From contig CM082589.2 in NCBI GenBank assembly GCA_040954595.2, positions 5,949,186-6,013,185 of the forward strand: DNA of 64,000 nt, given 5' to 3'. The notes beneath the pieces were generated by a model. That model did not search any database and had not been told where the DNA came from. It worked only from the letters and a program-made list of their open reading frames with translations. Below are positions 26,901 to 40,010 of this stretch, piece by piece. Position numbers and translations under genes: made by a program. Source of the DNA: Balanoglossus misakiensis. Taxonomy: Eukaryota; Animalia; Hemichordata. Within the stretch, counting starts at the first letter, position 1. The number at the start of each line of letters is the position of its first letter.

Positions 26901-29900
26901 AATCGTGACCTTTGACATCATTCATAAGTTTTCTTCTGAGGTGGTTCCAAAAGATTAAATTAAATGAGACTCTGGTTTGGAACATGCACATAAGATGATC
27001 GTCGCCCTTTAAATGAGAAATAAAGGGGGTTACGGTGACAAGATTTTCACTCACTTGATAGCTGTCCTTGACACTTCTTTATTGTTGAAGAGGACTCGTA
27101 CATAACACTGACATTTCTGCTGGTCTCGTCGTCTGGACTGTTCTGTTTTGGGACAATTGTGCGTCGGGGTGATCACGGCAGAGTTGGTTAGCTCAGGATA
27201 GAGCTTAGGCTCACCTATGGCAAGAGAAAATGTACATGATAACATGCACTATCTGCTGTAAATGAACCTTTGCAGACTATAAAATTCATGTACATCAATA
27301 TTCATACTCATCAAAATTCACATCTCTTGCATATGGCAAGTCGTACATATTTATCATTGTATCAAAATGAGACAAGAGAATGGATTGAGTTCACAATAGT
27401 GCCTGCAGGCAGCCTTTTCTAGCTTTTTATTTGAGGGCTGGTCGGGCCCGGCCAGCATGGAGAGAACCCCGCCATTACATCCCAACACCAAACCCCTGTT
27501 CCTCAAACCCCAAACCACTTAGCATACCTGGCTTTCTCTTGATCTGTTGCGCTTTGGCTTTGATCTGCTCCCTGACTTCCTGTTCTTTGAATTCGTTCAC
27601 CGGTTTCGGCGGTTCCGCGATCGTTTCTCCCTCGTCTTCCGTGTGAGACTCCCCTCCAGTGTCACTCATGCCTTCCGTCAGATTCTCCTTCGATCCCTGT
27701 TTCTTCGTCCGCCTCCTCTTCTTGCGTTTTTTCAGCGCGTCCTGCGAATCGCACAACGGAAATCAAAATTACAGGAAATTTCAGTTCTGCAAATTATATG
27801 GAGCATTGCTTGCAAGCTAAAAACACACACGACAAACATGCAACCTGGACAAGCATGCACGTAACTGTGCTCTGTCATTGCAACATTTACCCACAGAAAT
27901 GGCAAAACTTTGTAACAATATAGCTATGTTTTATGCACAGTAGTTCTTACAGGCTTTTAATTGCCTATGCAATATGCAAAGAAAGTACTGGATATATATT
28001 GAAATACGCAAAGGAAAAAATCTAACGGAACCACCGACCTTAATTTTCTTTTGTCTGTCATATTCATCTTTAGCAAGATTGTAACGAGCCATGTTTTGAT
28101 TGAAGGTTTCATCGTATTCATCTCGACGTTCAGCTACTTCGTCATCGATGTCTTTCTTCCAGGCAGCGATATCTTCATCCTTGTCAGTTTCCTCCCTGAT
28201 TAGACCAGGAATAAAATTTTGTGACTTAGGATTAGAAGTTCTGGCAGTGACAGGGTAGACGGCAAAATAATCACCAGAGTCAGAAACTGTGAAGGACACT
28301 TTGCATATCAGCAATTTGGGGGAATGTAGCGAATGAGAAAAAAAAAGTCCACTAACTTTCTGACGGTGAGTTTCACAGACGTGTTGGTGCAACCCTGGGA
28401 TTCTCTCAAGGCTTTGATTTCTTTCCACGTTCTCAGCATATTCTTCAGAAGTTGTCGATCGTATTGCATCTCAGTGTCACGTAGCCCCCTGGTTTGTCTG
28501 CCGAGAAAACAAAGAGAGAGAGAGAATTGATTACTTGGTTTTTATAACAGAAGAATGACGATGGCATTCCATTTTTTCATGAACAGTAGAAACCAGCAAA
28601 TGTATCCCAACATCAAACAATTGGTAGAAATTGAAAAAAAATAACCCTTTCACCACCATGGTTCAGTCCAAACCCATTGTTTCCGATGGTAAGGTTGGAC
28701 CTCTAAAGAGGGAACTGGGGGTGAAAGGGTTAAGTCATGGAATTAATGAATATGGCTAGCAGCATTGCATAGAACATCACTGATGTAGGATTTGACCAGC
28801 CCAGAATAATTAGCATAGTGCTACCTCAGTGTGATGTGACAGCATGATGCTAGTACCAGGATAGCCCAGTGTTAACACTAGGATAGCTATGGGTCAACAG
28901 GATGCCAAGCTGGCTGAGAGTCAACACTGTGCTAGTGCACTGTGCTATTGGAGTAGGATCATAGCCCCAGCCTAGCCTAGTGTTACCATGTGCTATTAAA
29001 CCCAAGACAACACAATCAGAAAAACTCTTGAGGAAAGTGACAAATATTTCATGGTCTCTGTCTATACCTGATTTCGTATTTGTAGTCTTGTAAGCGAGAA
29101 AACTGGTCTTCTGCAAACGAGGAGTTAGGATCCTTCATCTGGAGATCCATCTGTTTCTTCAAGTGGACCACTGCTTCTTTCAAGGCATGTAACTAACATA
29201 AGAAACAAAAGTGATGAACGCAAGTTGGAATTTTTTACGACTACCTAAATTTTTTGAATTAGTCTCTCTTTCGTAATACCCACTTTTAATGTTTCTGCTC
29301 AGGAAAAATATCAAATACATGTAGTAATCTTCTAAAAATGCAATAGCGCTATAATTTATAAAGTTCGAATAATGTGACTCAGCACAAGATTGCTCAAAAT
29401 GGACAGATCTTGCTATACTGCCAACACTATTCAAAATCCAGGCTCAACTAGGCATGATTTGATAGCTGCATGCACACAGGACTACACAAGCAGGGCAGAC
29501 CTCCCCTTAACGCAAATTCCTCTGTATTTCACACATTTCTGACTATAATTTCACAAAGAATACGAGGGATGTGTACACCAGTACACACTGACTTTAGCCA
29601 CACCACTAGAGATACGCAAATTGTATTGAGCAAGGCTTTGACCCTGACTTGGTGAGGAACCCTTACCTTGTCTGTGTGGAATGTGGTTGCGTCTTTCTGT
29701 GCTCTCATGAGGTACTGACTGTACAGCTGCTGCAACTTGGCCGCCAACACGTGTTCCTTGCTGAAGAGCGAGTGGTGCGAGAAGATGATGGAGTTCACGT
29801 CCACGTCAATCTGATAGCTCCCGTAGCTCTCACCTAAGCCGTCAATAAAGCGACTGTCAAAGTCTACCACGTATGCCTAGAATAGAACGCAGAGATAATG

Positions 29901-32900
29901 CATGACACGAATCTCAGGTTAGGTGTGTGTATCTTCTTATGATACGTGCAACCCCACTGACAATAACACTGAAGCAAAAACAAGATTTCAAACATACTCC
30001 ATGCTCTAAATAGCAACTGGAGATAATTCATGTTGTGCACATGAGCTAAGACTTGATGTTTGGTTAATTTTTATTTTAACAAAGATCTGATGCAGACGTG
30101 GGCAATCAAGCTGGTCTGAAATGGACAAAGCAAGAAAATTCTGGCATGGCTGTCTACATGATGTGTTAAAATTAAAAGAAACCAGAATGACACTGGGACA
30201 AGCATGAGACTTATACAAAGAGATCAGAACAAATGTGCATTCGACCCACCTTCTTGTATGTTGTTTGCATGTAGCTGTCAATGTCTTCTGGTTCAATGAT
30301 TGGTGGTCTGGTGGGTTGCTCTTTCAGGGGGTCTGGCAACGCGATGATTCTACCATCGTCACCAAACCATTTGTGGCCCTGTGGGTAATTGGTTATATTG
30401 TACTGGTTATATTAGCATGCTATTTAAAATAGAACAACACATTGCATTTGGTACACAGAACAAAAATACTGGAAATAAAGCCAAAAGTTTCAATGTCCCT
30501 TTAATTCCAACCTCACCTTATCTGGTCTCATAACAAGTCTATTTTCCTCAATGTTGACATTGCGTCTTTCCACAGGTGGTCTGACTCCGACGTAGAAACC
30601 CTCATCCTCCAGATATCGGGGTTCCCGTGCATCTGGTATTTTCTCACTATCCGGCACTAGGATGAAAATATGAGAGAGGTTAAGGCTATGTTGATAAGAA
30701 GAACACTGGCTGGCTGAAACACTGCTGTTCAGTGTGACATGAGGAGCAGAAGAAGACAAACATAAAATAATGTAGTTTATACACATATCAAAAATGCTGA
30801 AAATCGTAGTCAAAATGTTGCAGCTACCATCCCATATAGCAGGCAGCTCAATCAGACAATTCCTGCATTAACCCTTTTCACACCATAGTCAACTTGTCAT
30901 TTTTAACATAATTAGTCTCATAAATTTTTAGCATATTTTTTTTCTGAATTTACATCAAGATCTGCAGACAATGGAACTTTATGTCCACCTGGTCTAGAAT
31001 TAAGGACAAAAATTGGAAAAAATGTGTGAAAATGATGAAAATGTTGCGCCACATTTTGACAGCAAACTACATGTATGTGGCATTCAAAGATTTTTACCTG
31101 TAGCCACAGATGGTCTGAAGTACACTTTTGTCTCTCTGTCCACAACATTCTGGTAGGGTGTGTATTGTGCCCGAGTCACTTGGTAAGGCTGGGTTTTCCA
31201 CTCCTCCATGTCCAGGAAATAATCGGAAAGCAACGGCTCGTCTTCCTTGGCATCTTCAACCGGCCTCTCCTCTTCATCCTGTAGGAAAGAAAAAATCAGA
31301 ACTTCAACAATTTTGCATTTGGGATATTCTGTCCATGCAGGCCGTATCACTTTGTTATGACCTCGGCCACCAAGGTGATTATTAAAATCGGCCACTGGAA
31401 AAATTTTCAAGAAGGCTTGCTCTTGTTCAAGAAATGTGCTGAAAGAAAGTTTGAAGTCATGGAGGGACTTTTGTGCCAGGAATAAAGACAACACATTGGC
31501 AGAACTGGATGTGATTAGGAATAAACAAACACCTGATCAGAGTCAGCTGGCCTATAATACATAACATTTCCTTACAGTTATTTTCTGCACTGTTTATAAA
31601 ATCATGTGGTGTACACTCCCCGAAATGAAAAATTTTATCAAATAGACCAGGCAAAATTTGAAGAGACAGCCACAAATAATCCAGCTACACCAATGTCGTC
31701 TTGGACTTTTTTGTATTTCATGATCAAGAGAGGCAGAAAGTGTTCATAAACCTTTTCTCTTTCTTGTTGTCTCTGTCTTTCTTTGGCTGATTCCTCGGTT
31801 TCCTGGCTGGGCCCTGCTTCATCGGTCGATGGTCGACTGGGCAGATCTGGTTCTTTCTCGTGCACCTTCACAAAGAACTCAATGGCTTCCTCTTCTGATG
31901 GCATTGACGATTCCTGTGGATTAAATATAATTTTATGATTATCGCTGCTACTGCTGGTTCCTGGATTTGACTAGTCCATTAAAGGGACATTAGCTGTAAC
32001 TTTCACCTTAAATTTTCAGTGTTTTTTTCTGTGTACCAAATGCAATTTCTTGTTCTACCCAAATAGCATGCTAATGTGTCCAGCAGATTGGTTAAGTCAA
32101 GCTAAATGTTATACAAAACAGTCATGACACTATGAATATCTTATAATCCCTTACCTTCTTTTTCATAGCCTTGAAAGCTTTCTGCCATTGTGTTTTTGCT
32201 GCAATCGACTCATGCAACTGCTTCTCATCCTCAGACTGAAAAAAAAAAAAAAAAACAATTCATCACCAGTTTGGCTGAAAAAAGAAACTTAAATGCAAAG
32301 CTTGTGTTTACAAGCTGGCAATTCTGTTTCATACTGCCATTGCCAACATGATCAGTGTTTTCTCAATAAAACATGGTGATGGCGTATAAGATTGATGGCC
32401 GCCACGCTTTATCTTAGATGGGAAGAGCACCCCATTTCAACATCTAGATAACGACTCACCATTGGTTCATCAAATCTGGTGGCCAGCTGCCTTGACCTCA
32501 TTCCACGGAATCTTCTGGTGGGCGGTTTCCCTGTGACTTTTCCGGGCTCTGCTTCCCCTTCCTCCAATTCCTTCTTCTCTTCTTCCGCTGCCTTCTCCTG
32601 TTCGGGAAAACAAGGGAATAATTGCGTCATATTTGCTCAGTTCTGCAAAGTCAGTCTTTCGTCCAGTGGGCACTCCCGCCTGGCAATTCTGGCTGCCTTA
32701 AAAATACTACGGGGAGGATGTCCCTTAAAGGGACAAAGTCTCTCTCTCGCACGCCTTTTTCCATTAATTATGTTTGATACAAGACACCATTCATGTTATT
32801 CTACATGTGGATATATAGTGAATGAACATTCAACCACACACAACTTCCATCCAACTTGTATGATATGAGAGTAAAAACTCGCCCAAAATGAATAAATGGT

Positions 32901-35863
32901 AAAGAACGATTATTCATTTTGGCGAGTTTTTTCATTCTCCTGTCTATAAGAGGGATGGAAGTTGTGTGTGGTTGAACGTTCATTCGCTATATATCCACAT
33001 GTAGAATAACAAATGGTGTCTTGCATCAAATATAATTAATGGAAAAAAAGGCAGCGAAAGAGAGACTTTGTCCCTTTAAAAGTACCTTAATCTGTGACAT
33101 CTTCTTTCTAAGTCTGTCTCTGATCGATTGGTTGAGATTGGCCGGAGCAGGACCATCAGTCCCGGCTGTACCAGCTGTTGCTGCCAACACTGCCTCTTCA
33201 GCTGTCATCAGTTCTACAAGGAATAGAAAACAAACAAAAATACATGTAGACAAAACAACCTACAAAACAATTACTTAAAAAAAATCAACCACTTTGATCC
33301 AGAGAGAACTATAAAATGCACACAACCTACATGTAATAACCTTCTTAGCCATAGGTATAGTCTGAGTATTTACTGAGCTAGATGTATTATTGTACGTATG
33401 TATTTCGCACACTACAATTGAATTACTCATCGTACCTTAGTCTGATTATACTATTAATTTCTATTATACACACTGAGCAATTCTTTGACAAAGTAACATA
33501 GTATTTAGCTATAAATGTGGTTTGTGTCAGAACAATGTGTTTTTGCTTACTTTTATCCTCCTCGGGTTTTCCGGTTGGTTCAGTATCATCTTTCGTTTCA
33601 TCGATCACTTCTCTCTCATCTGTTTTAATCCTGGCTTTCTTTTTCTTCTTCTTCGGCTTCTCCTCTTTCGTTTCATCTTCGATCTGCGCAGTCTCTTCTG
33701 TCTTCGGAGTGATGGGTTTGAGTTTTGTTCTCTTGGGTGCTTTGGGCTTCTCGTCTTCTCTGAGAGATTTTTCCAGCTGTTGGGTTGAGAATATCAGTTT
33801 GTCCATCATATATACAACAAACCAGACAAGCTCAGGCAGTTCTTCGTGGCTTACTGGGCTCGTTTTCGCATCGTCTACTTAGAGATAATGCTATTAAGGG
33901 CACCCTCTTCATGAAAAACGTGTGTTCTCTTCGCATCAATCAAACATTTGAACTCAAAATATAGGAGAAAACTTCCAAAATACTTTTTGGGAATTACCTC
34001 TTTCCTTGTTTCCGCTCGCCTTTCTTCCAAGTCTGTGATCAGTTTCTCTGCATCACGCAGATCATCATAAGCCTGGAGAAGAAACGACATGTATTAAGTC
34101 AATACGATGGTACCAAGTTCTTTCTATTCGGTATAACACTCATAAGCAGAATTACTACTGTGTAAATCATTGCAAACAATTTATTGTTAATTTCTATCAC
34201 ATTCCCAGGTTACTTTGCTATACATGTATGACGCATTGTCTGGTGGGGGTCCCCCTAAACATTGGGAGCAATGGTGATGACTTGTCTACTAAAAAAAAAG
34301 CCACACGTGCAGCTCTGAAGATCACCTCCCTTTAACCCTTTCACCACCATGGTTCAGTCCAAACCCATTGTTTTCTATGGTTAAGTTGGACCTCTAACGA
34401 GGGAACTGGGGGTGAAAGGGTTAATATCCCACTACATATATAGCATTGAAGTCTAACATAACAGCATCATGAGAACACACAACAACAAAGAAGTTTCAAC
34501 ATCCCGTACCTCTCTGGATGATGACATTGGAGTCTCGCCATCGTCAGCCTGATATCCACTTTCTGCAACCTGCGAGTGCGAAGAAAATGATACAAAGACA
34601 AGAATATATTAGAAGTTAAGAAATCATGAAATGTAGTAAGTCAAATGATGATGATGTGAGATTCTCCACCTGAGATATCATTCCCAAAGAATGGTAGGTT
34701 GTGTGTGCATACATAGACCTCTCAGACTAAAAACACAGTTTCAAGTATCCCTATCAGTACAACATCAGGCTAGAATGTATAGTTCCTGGCACACATATCA
34801 ATGTGTCAAGATTTCTACGCTCAAGACTGCCTGCAAAATAACGAACACTGTAGCTGCAATGATTGTAGCGGGTGCTGCTAGGTTATGCTGCACACCAGTC
34901 AACCAAGCAGCACTGGCCGCTACAATCATTGCAGCTACGAACACTGAAGAATGATATTAACCCCATTTGTTCTTGGTGTGAGTTCCATATCTGAGCCTTC
35001 ACTGCCTCTTGTTGTGTCCGTCATTCTCAGTTGTTTACGCCTCTTGCGTATCTTTGCGGATAATGTTCTGCAGAGGAATAAACAAAAGAACAGTCAGGTA
35101 TGTACCTTTGAAGGGCAACTCAGTGAATTCATAAATCTGTCCATGACACAACAGCAGTTGTGCTTGAAAGCAGGGACCTGCATGCATTCAGGTTTTGGAT
35201 TGGGACAAAGTGGCCCATCTGATCATGATATGCTGTGAATATGGGAAATAGAGGCCAGAGTTTCATCGAGCTACAAGGCAACGTGTTCATTCTTTTACTC
35301 CCACAACACTGGATCTACAATTATGCACATTAACCCTTTCACCACCAATGGTTCAGTCCAAACCCATTGTTTCTATGGTAAAGTTGGACCTCCAAAGCGG
35401 GAACTGAGGTGAAAGGGTTAACTTGCTGGTCATAGCACATACATGTACATGTATCATTCACGTTGCATGGTTGCTGCAGCTCTGTCTGTAGCTCTATCCA
35501 CTCCCTTGACTGTACAATTACAAACACAGTCAAGGGAGTGGTAGGGATACGGAACCCTAGCAAGGTGCATGGTGTGTGCAGATGACAGGAGGGAGATACG
35601 AGACTTTCCTTGCAACACCGATGTGCTGTATCAAGCTGCAATGATTTGTAGCTGCAATGATTGTAGCGTATGATGCTAGGTGGTAGGCTGCGAGCACCAG
35701 TCAGCCTAGCAGCACCCGCTACAATGCATTGTACATTGTAGCTCCAGTTGGCGTTGCAGTGCTCGGTTGATGATCTGTAAACACAGTCCTATCTCTATCG
35801 CGTCTATGAAATACATGGTATACCAAACCAATAGACAAATATTACTTACGATTCTTCCGACAT
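17972..35863 (-). CDS. CC2D2A: Coiled-coil and C2 domain-containing protein 2A (MKS6, ciliary transition zone), complete, ~35 exons
   Basis: Exon translations match recalled CC2D2A: [134 protein letters not shown]-terminal [32 protein letters not shown]. Probable start exon 35850-35863 (ATGTCGGAAGAATC|gtaagt) splices in frame to the ~35067 exon. The N-terminal exons are less certain. Confidence 0.93.
22698..22908. mobile_element. MITE with inverted ends (Tc1/mariner-like termini) in a CC2D2A intron
   Basis: actgtaaaacgggaaatattc ... gaaaatttcctgttttacagta terminal inverted repeat. Confidence 0.65.
24980..25072. mobile_element. piggyBac-like MITE family A copy
   Basis: ttaaccctttcacc...agggttaa. 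Confidence 0.85.
28641..28733. mobile_element. piggyBac-like MITE family A copy
   Basis: ataaccctttcaccaccatggttcagtccaaaccc...ggtgaaagggttaa. Confidence 0.85.
30398..30505 (-). mobile_element. Partial TTAAAGGGACA-ended MITE (family D); second copy at ~31979-32090 in opposite orientation
   Basis: Reverse complement ttaaagggacattg...ctgtgtaccaaatgcaat...aaatagcatgctaat matches the 31979 copy. Confidence 0.6.
32725..33079. mobile_element. ~355-bp fold-back (whole-length imperfect palindrome) MITE family C, TTAA-AGGGAC ends (Kolobok/T2-like)
   Basis: ttaaagggacaaagtctctc ... gagagactttgtccctttaa; arms pair along most of the length (e.g. ttattctacatgtggatatatag / ctatatatccacatgtagaataa); partial copy at ~48510-48734. 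Confidence 0.9.
34332..34424. mobile_element. piggyBac-like MITE family A copy
   Basis: ttaaccctttcaccaccatgg...ggtgaaagggttaa. Confidence 0.88.
35330..35421. mobile_element. piggyBac-like MITE family A copy
   Basis: ttaaccctttcaccacc...ggtgaaagggttaa. Confidence 0.88.
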
Positions 35864-36109
35864 GATTTCCGTTACCAAGCAATTGTTTCAATTTAGGGGA
35901 GGGTGTTTATTTCACCATGTAAACATCACATCCGGATACCCTTCGTGGCCACTATTCGCCCTCTCGGTCACCAGATTTGGCTACCGCCAGAATTGACGTT
36001 GCGCCCCAGCGTTGGGCTTAGACGAATTGTGCCGGATGGTTCTCTACGTAGATCGTTCACGTCCACGTTCAAATATCTACATCGGTTGTGCAGAGAAATA
36101 GCGTCCCTC

Positions 36110-36123
36110 GTAGTCATGAAAAC
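36110..36123. promoter_or_regulatory. RFX X-box-like motif upstream of CC2D2A
   Basis: GTAGTCATGAAAAC fits GTHNYYATRRNAAC, ~250 bp upstream of the CC2D2A ATG; a second imperfect site gttaccaagcaat lies at 35871-35883. Confidence 0.5.
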
Positions 36124-36864
36124 CAACCATGTAGATACCGACATCAAATATTTCGTTTTGGTTCCCCTAGGTTGCAAATAATTAGAGTTCACAAACTCAT
36201 TGCAACAATAGACTTTGCCATTTTCTCTGAAAACCGATTGCTAAAATAGAACCTTTGTGTTTTAACAGTATTAAATCAATTCCCCTTGCCTCTCCCCCGA
36301 AATGTTAACCTTGCACAATTTTTGTCACAACATTTCCTCCATATCATTTCTTTTTACGACGTTGGGCGGTCTTTTCAAACATTGACCTGGACCTGACCTG
36401 GCATGTTTCAAACGTTATCGCTGGCGGCGCTCTTCAATTCAAGAAAATTTGGAAAGCAATCACATTTGTATTTCTGACAGGGTGCAGAAATTAAGGCCAT
36501 TTAGATCCTATTTAAAAGTAGAACGAATGATAATCGTACGAAAAAGGCTTAAACTGACGCGTTTTATTCCATATCACGGTTTATCACCACAAAAAATACA
36601 TTTAAAAAAAGGCAATTTCTTTGTTTTCGTGCACACCATTTCAAATGTTACATAGATACATACTAGATATATACATACATAGATACATTAATTGAGTGTT
36701 AACTCGTAAGCCCGCTCATATCTTTTACTTTTGACTATTTTTTCAGTGTTAATATAAGTATATCGACTATCGTTTCCCTCAAGTTAAATAAGATTGGGGC
36801 GAAAATATGCATAGCAGAAAACTGATCGAGGTGCAGGTCTGCCAGAGGCGTGGAACAAGTACAA

Positions 36865-38177
36865 TCATGTCGTCTTAATAACTATGATATCTTCTTCATC
36901 CATATGATAAATTAAGTCGTCCCCATCCTTATAACAGACCTCTTCTCTAAAAAATGCCATGAATTCGTCAACAGTTTCCTTGGGAGCGCTCTTTCTGAAG
37001 TTGTAAAGATGAACCACGAAATCGAGTACCACATTTCCGTCTCTCGAATCTTCTTTGAAGCACTCATCGACCTTGAGAATTCTTTCCCTGTAGATGGTTC
37101 TGATGTGTGCGTCCGGAAGTCGACGCTGTAACATTTTAAGGAGCGTGGCTGACCCGAACTTGAACACTAAGGGATCGGAGCAGATATTTCGCACTCGCAG
37201 AAATACCTTTTCAGAGTCACCTGAATAAAAGGGGAAACGATTATCTCATTATAAAACATGTTCGCAAAGTCTATTTTAAAAACGTTCATTGTACATGAAT
37301 ATACGATTTTGCAGTAAAATAACTTATTATATTAACAGAACACCATGGACTTTATAAATTATCATTATGTATATTGATGTCGAATCGACGTTTATCAATT
37401 CTTTACCTACCGGAAAGCATTGTATTGAATAACATTCCCCCTTTGTTGAGAAGTCCATATAGCTCTACAAAAATATTCTCAGCGTCTTCAAAATAATAGG
37501 CGGCATGCTGCATCTGAATTATGTCAAAGTTGTTTTGGACACTCCCTCTTTTAGCATCAACGAGATAATCTTCCAGCTTCATCGGGTGGAAGTGAAAGCT
37601 CGCATTTGTCCAGAGGCCCTGATCCTGCTTTGTCGCAACAAGTGATTTATACTTTTCAGCTTCACTTTTGGCGGGTTCCACATTATGATACTCGATGTGC
37701 TTGAATTTACCGGTTAATGTGTCAACAATTGGAACGTCCATAATCCCTGTTGAATGACAATCAATCTAGATTAGTCTCCGTCACACGTTATTCTCTTTAA
37801 AGTTGAATTATTATTGATTACGGTCACCTATGCAAATTTAGCCACAGTTACCATGGTAAATTGAGATCTAGCCAATCGCTGATTTTCGGTGGGTGGCACA
37901 CGCGTAAAAAAGAGCGCCACCATATGTTCTTTAGAACACTCAAATACGCTTTAATAGGGAACTACACATGATACGTACCGTCCGCAGTTCCCACACCAAG
38001 CACTTGTAGCGCAGATTCTTGATCACCTTTGAACTCAAAACTTCCGAAGGAGTGCTTTAGATTTCTATGTTTATTCTCCAAAAACGCGTCATACCTCTTA
38101 ATCCTCGTCCGCATTGTACTCATTGCCTCAAAATATTCCTTGGGGTGGCGCAACAGGGCATTTATGGTCCGTGCCAT
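36865..38177 (-). CDS. Histamine N-methyltransferase-like class I SAM methyltransferase; exons 37979-38177, 37411-37746, 36865-37220
   Basis: MARTINALLRHPKEYFEA..VLGVGTADG..NVEPAKSEAEKYKSLV..FDIIQMQHAAYYFED..LLNKGGML..LSG..VDECFKEDSRDGNVVLDFVVHLYNFRKSAP. Colinear with recalled HNMT (ILSIGGGAG, VVEPSAEQIAKYKELV, WDFIHMIQMLYY, ISDCFIDGNENGDLLWDFL..NFNATAP). Splice phases are consistent. Confidence 0.88.
37817..37950. mobile_element. Truncated MITE family B copy in an HNMT-like intron
   Basis: tacggtcacctatgcaaatttagccacagttaccatgg...catatgttctttagaacactcaaatacgc. Confidence 0.7.
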
Positions 38178-38979
38178 TCTGTTCTGAAACTGAAAAAAAT
38201 AAAATGAATGAAGTTTAACACGCGCCATGCACTTTACTGACCTTTACAGTGATAAATGTCTACGTAGGGCTATGTATATAGAACGATGTAACCGAGGAAA
38301 GTGGTGACCTAAATTTTCTGTTTTAGGTCATTACTTTTGGTGATAACCATGGTTATCGTCGGATCCCCGCCCATATTTGAAATTTTGAGGGTTCATGGCT
38401 TCCACCGTTCTGTAGTTAGGCCTATACAAAATTAATGATATTGAATGTGAGTTTGATTGGTTACATATGACGAGACAATCTTACCTGCTGAACACGACAG
38501 CCAATCACGAAGGATTACGCGTACGAGTTTTGGTATTTTGGCCCCTCTCACCTACACTCACACCCAACAGGGTCAGATAGTTATGTACTTGGCAATAAAG
38601 CCTGCTCCCGAGAACCGTCTGGAATACTAGTAACACTGCCTGGCCTTGGGAATTTTGAATCTACTGCTCTGAACCCAACATGAAGTCAACGGCATCCGTA
38701 TTAGGTCATATGACACTCTGACAGGGGTCATTGCGGCCCATGCATAAATATATAGCAGCATGCCTCCAGACAGCTCCATGATGCCGGGACAAAAGCAATG
38801 CGCGTTCATTCGCAAGTGGTTGATGGGTTTTATTACTTAAAGGCACATGAGCTGCAATTTTTGACATTATTTTCATGATTTCATGGGTTCAGCGTTAGGG
38901 TTTTTGGTAAGGTTTTGTGGAGATCGGTCGCACAGGGTGCACGGCCTTTGGTCTATGTACACACGTCTACGCGAACATT

Positions 38980-39096
<117 letters not shown>

Positions 39097-40010
39097 TGGA
39101 ACTGAAACAGGTGGAAAACAATTAAAACATATTAGAATTTATCCGTTCTTTGGGTTGGTGTTTTAAAATAATAAGTATGTTTATCTCTATAAACTAAGTG
39201 ACATACAAGACAAGTAATTTTTCTTCGTTTTTTTTGACGAAATGCAACCTCATTACTCCACCTTCACTTACGTGACTGTTTGCATTATGGAAAGATTATC
39301 GGACTTAAATCTCATTTATGGACGCGAATTGCAAAGCTCATTTCTTTCTAATTGACATTCGTCAAACAATAACGGAAGAGTGTGTGGGCGTCCAGTCGTT
39401 TTGAACGGATTATATGTACTGGAAAGGCTTTGGGATTTTCAGTTTTCGGACAGATGTTTTACCGTACGGTAAAACTACGTACTACACTGGCATTTCAATC
39501 ATTCATACGGTAGACTTGCCGATTAGATAAAGGACTGGTGAAATTTTGATGCGGACTGAATGCAGCAGATCACAGCAAAAGTATAGGAACTTAGTTTTTC
39601 GTATTTTTGCCATAAGGTTGCCATAAGCTCATAAGCTATATCAAAAGACAAATTATCCTCGCGCAAAGGGCTGGAAAATCGACGCATGTTTGTCCTGCAC
39701 GTCTTTAATAAGTGGGACGTATATTAAATTATACACATCAGTAGACTCTCTCACAGCCCACGGTTCGCTACAAGTCTCTTCACTGATGCGCCCGCAACTG
39801 TTTAGCAAAGGAGAAGCCCCATATGGTATTGTGTAGCGGGCACACATGCAATCAGTCCATAAGCCTGCATGGACGACGAGAGGGGCTGTGAGAGAGTCTA
39901 ACACATCAGTAGAGTCTCGGTCGCTTGTAAAGCTAAACGTAATTAGGTATCGTGGCCGTGTGCTCCAATAAATCAAAGTTACTTAATTAATCGTTGTGAA
40001 TATTAGGCAT

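Noticed and set aside
27431-33882. Numerous plus-strand ORFs (Phe/Ser/Leu-rich)
   Set aside because: Antisense to Lys/Glu-rich CC2D2A exons
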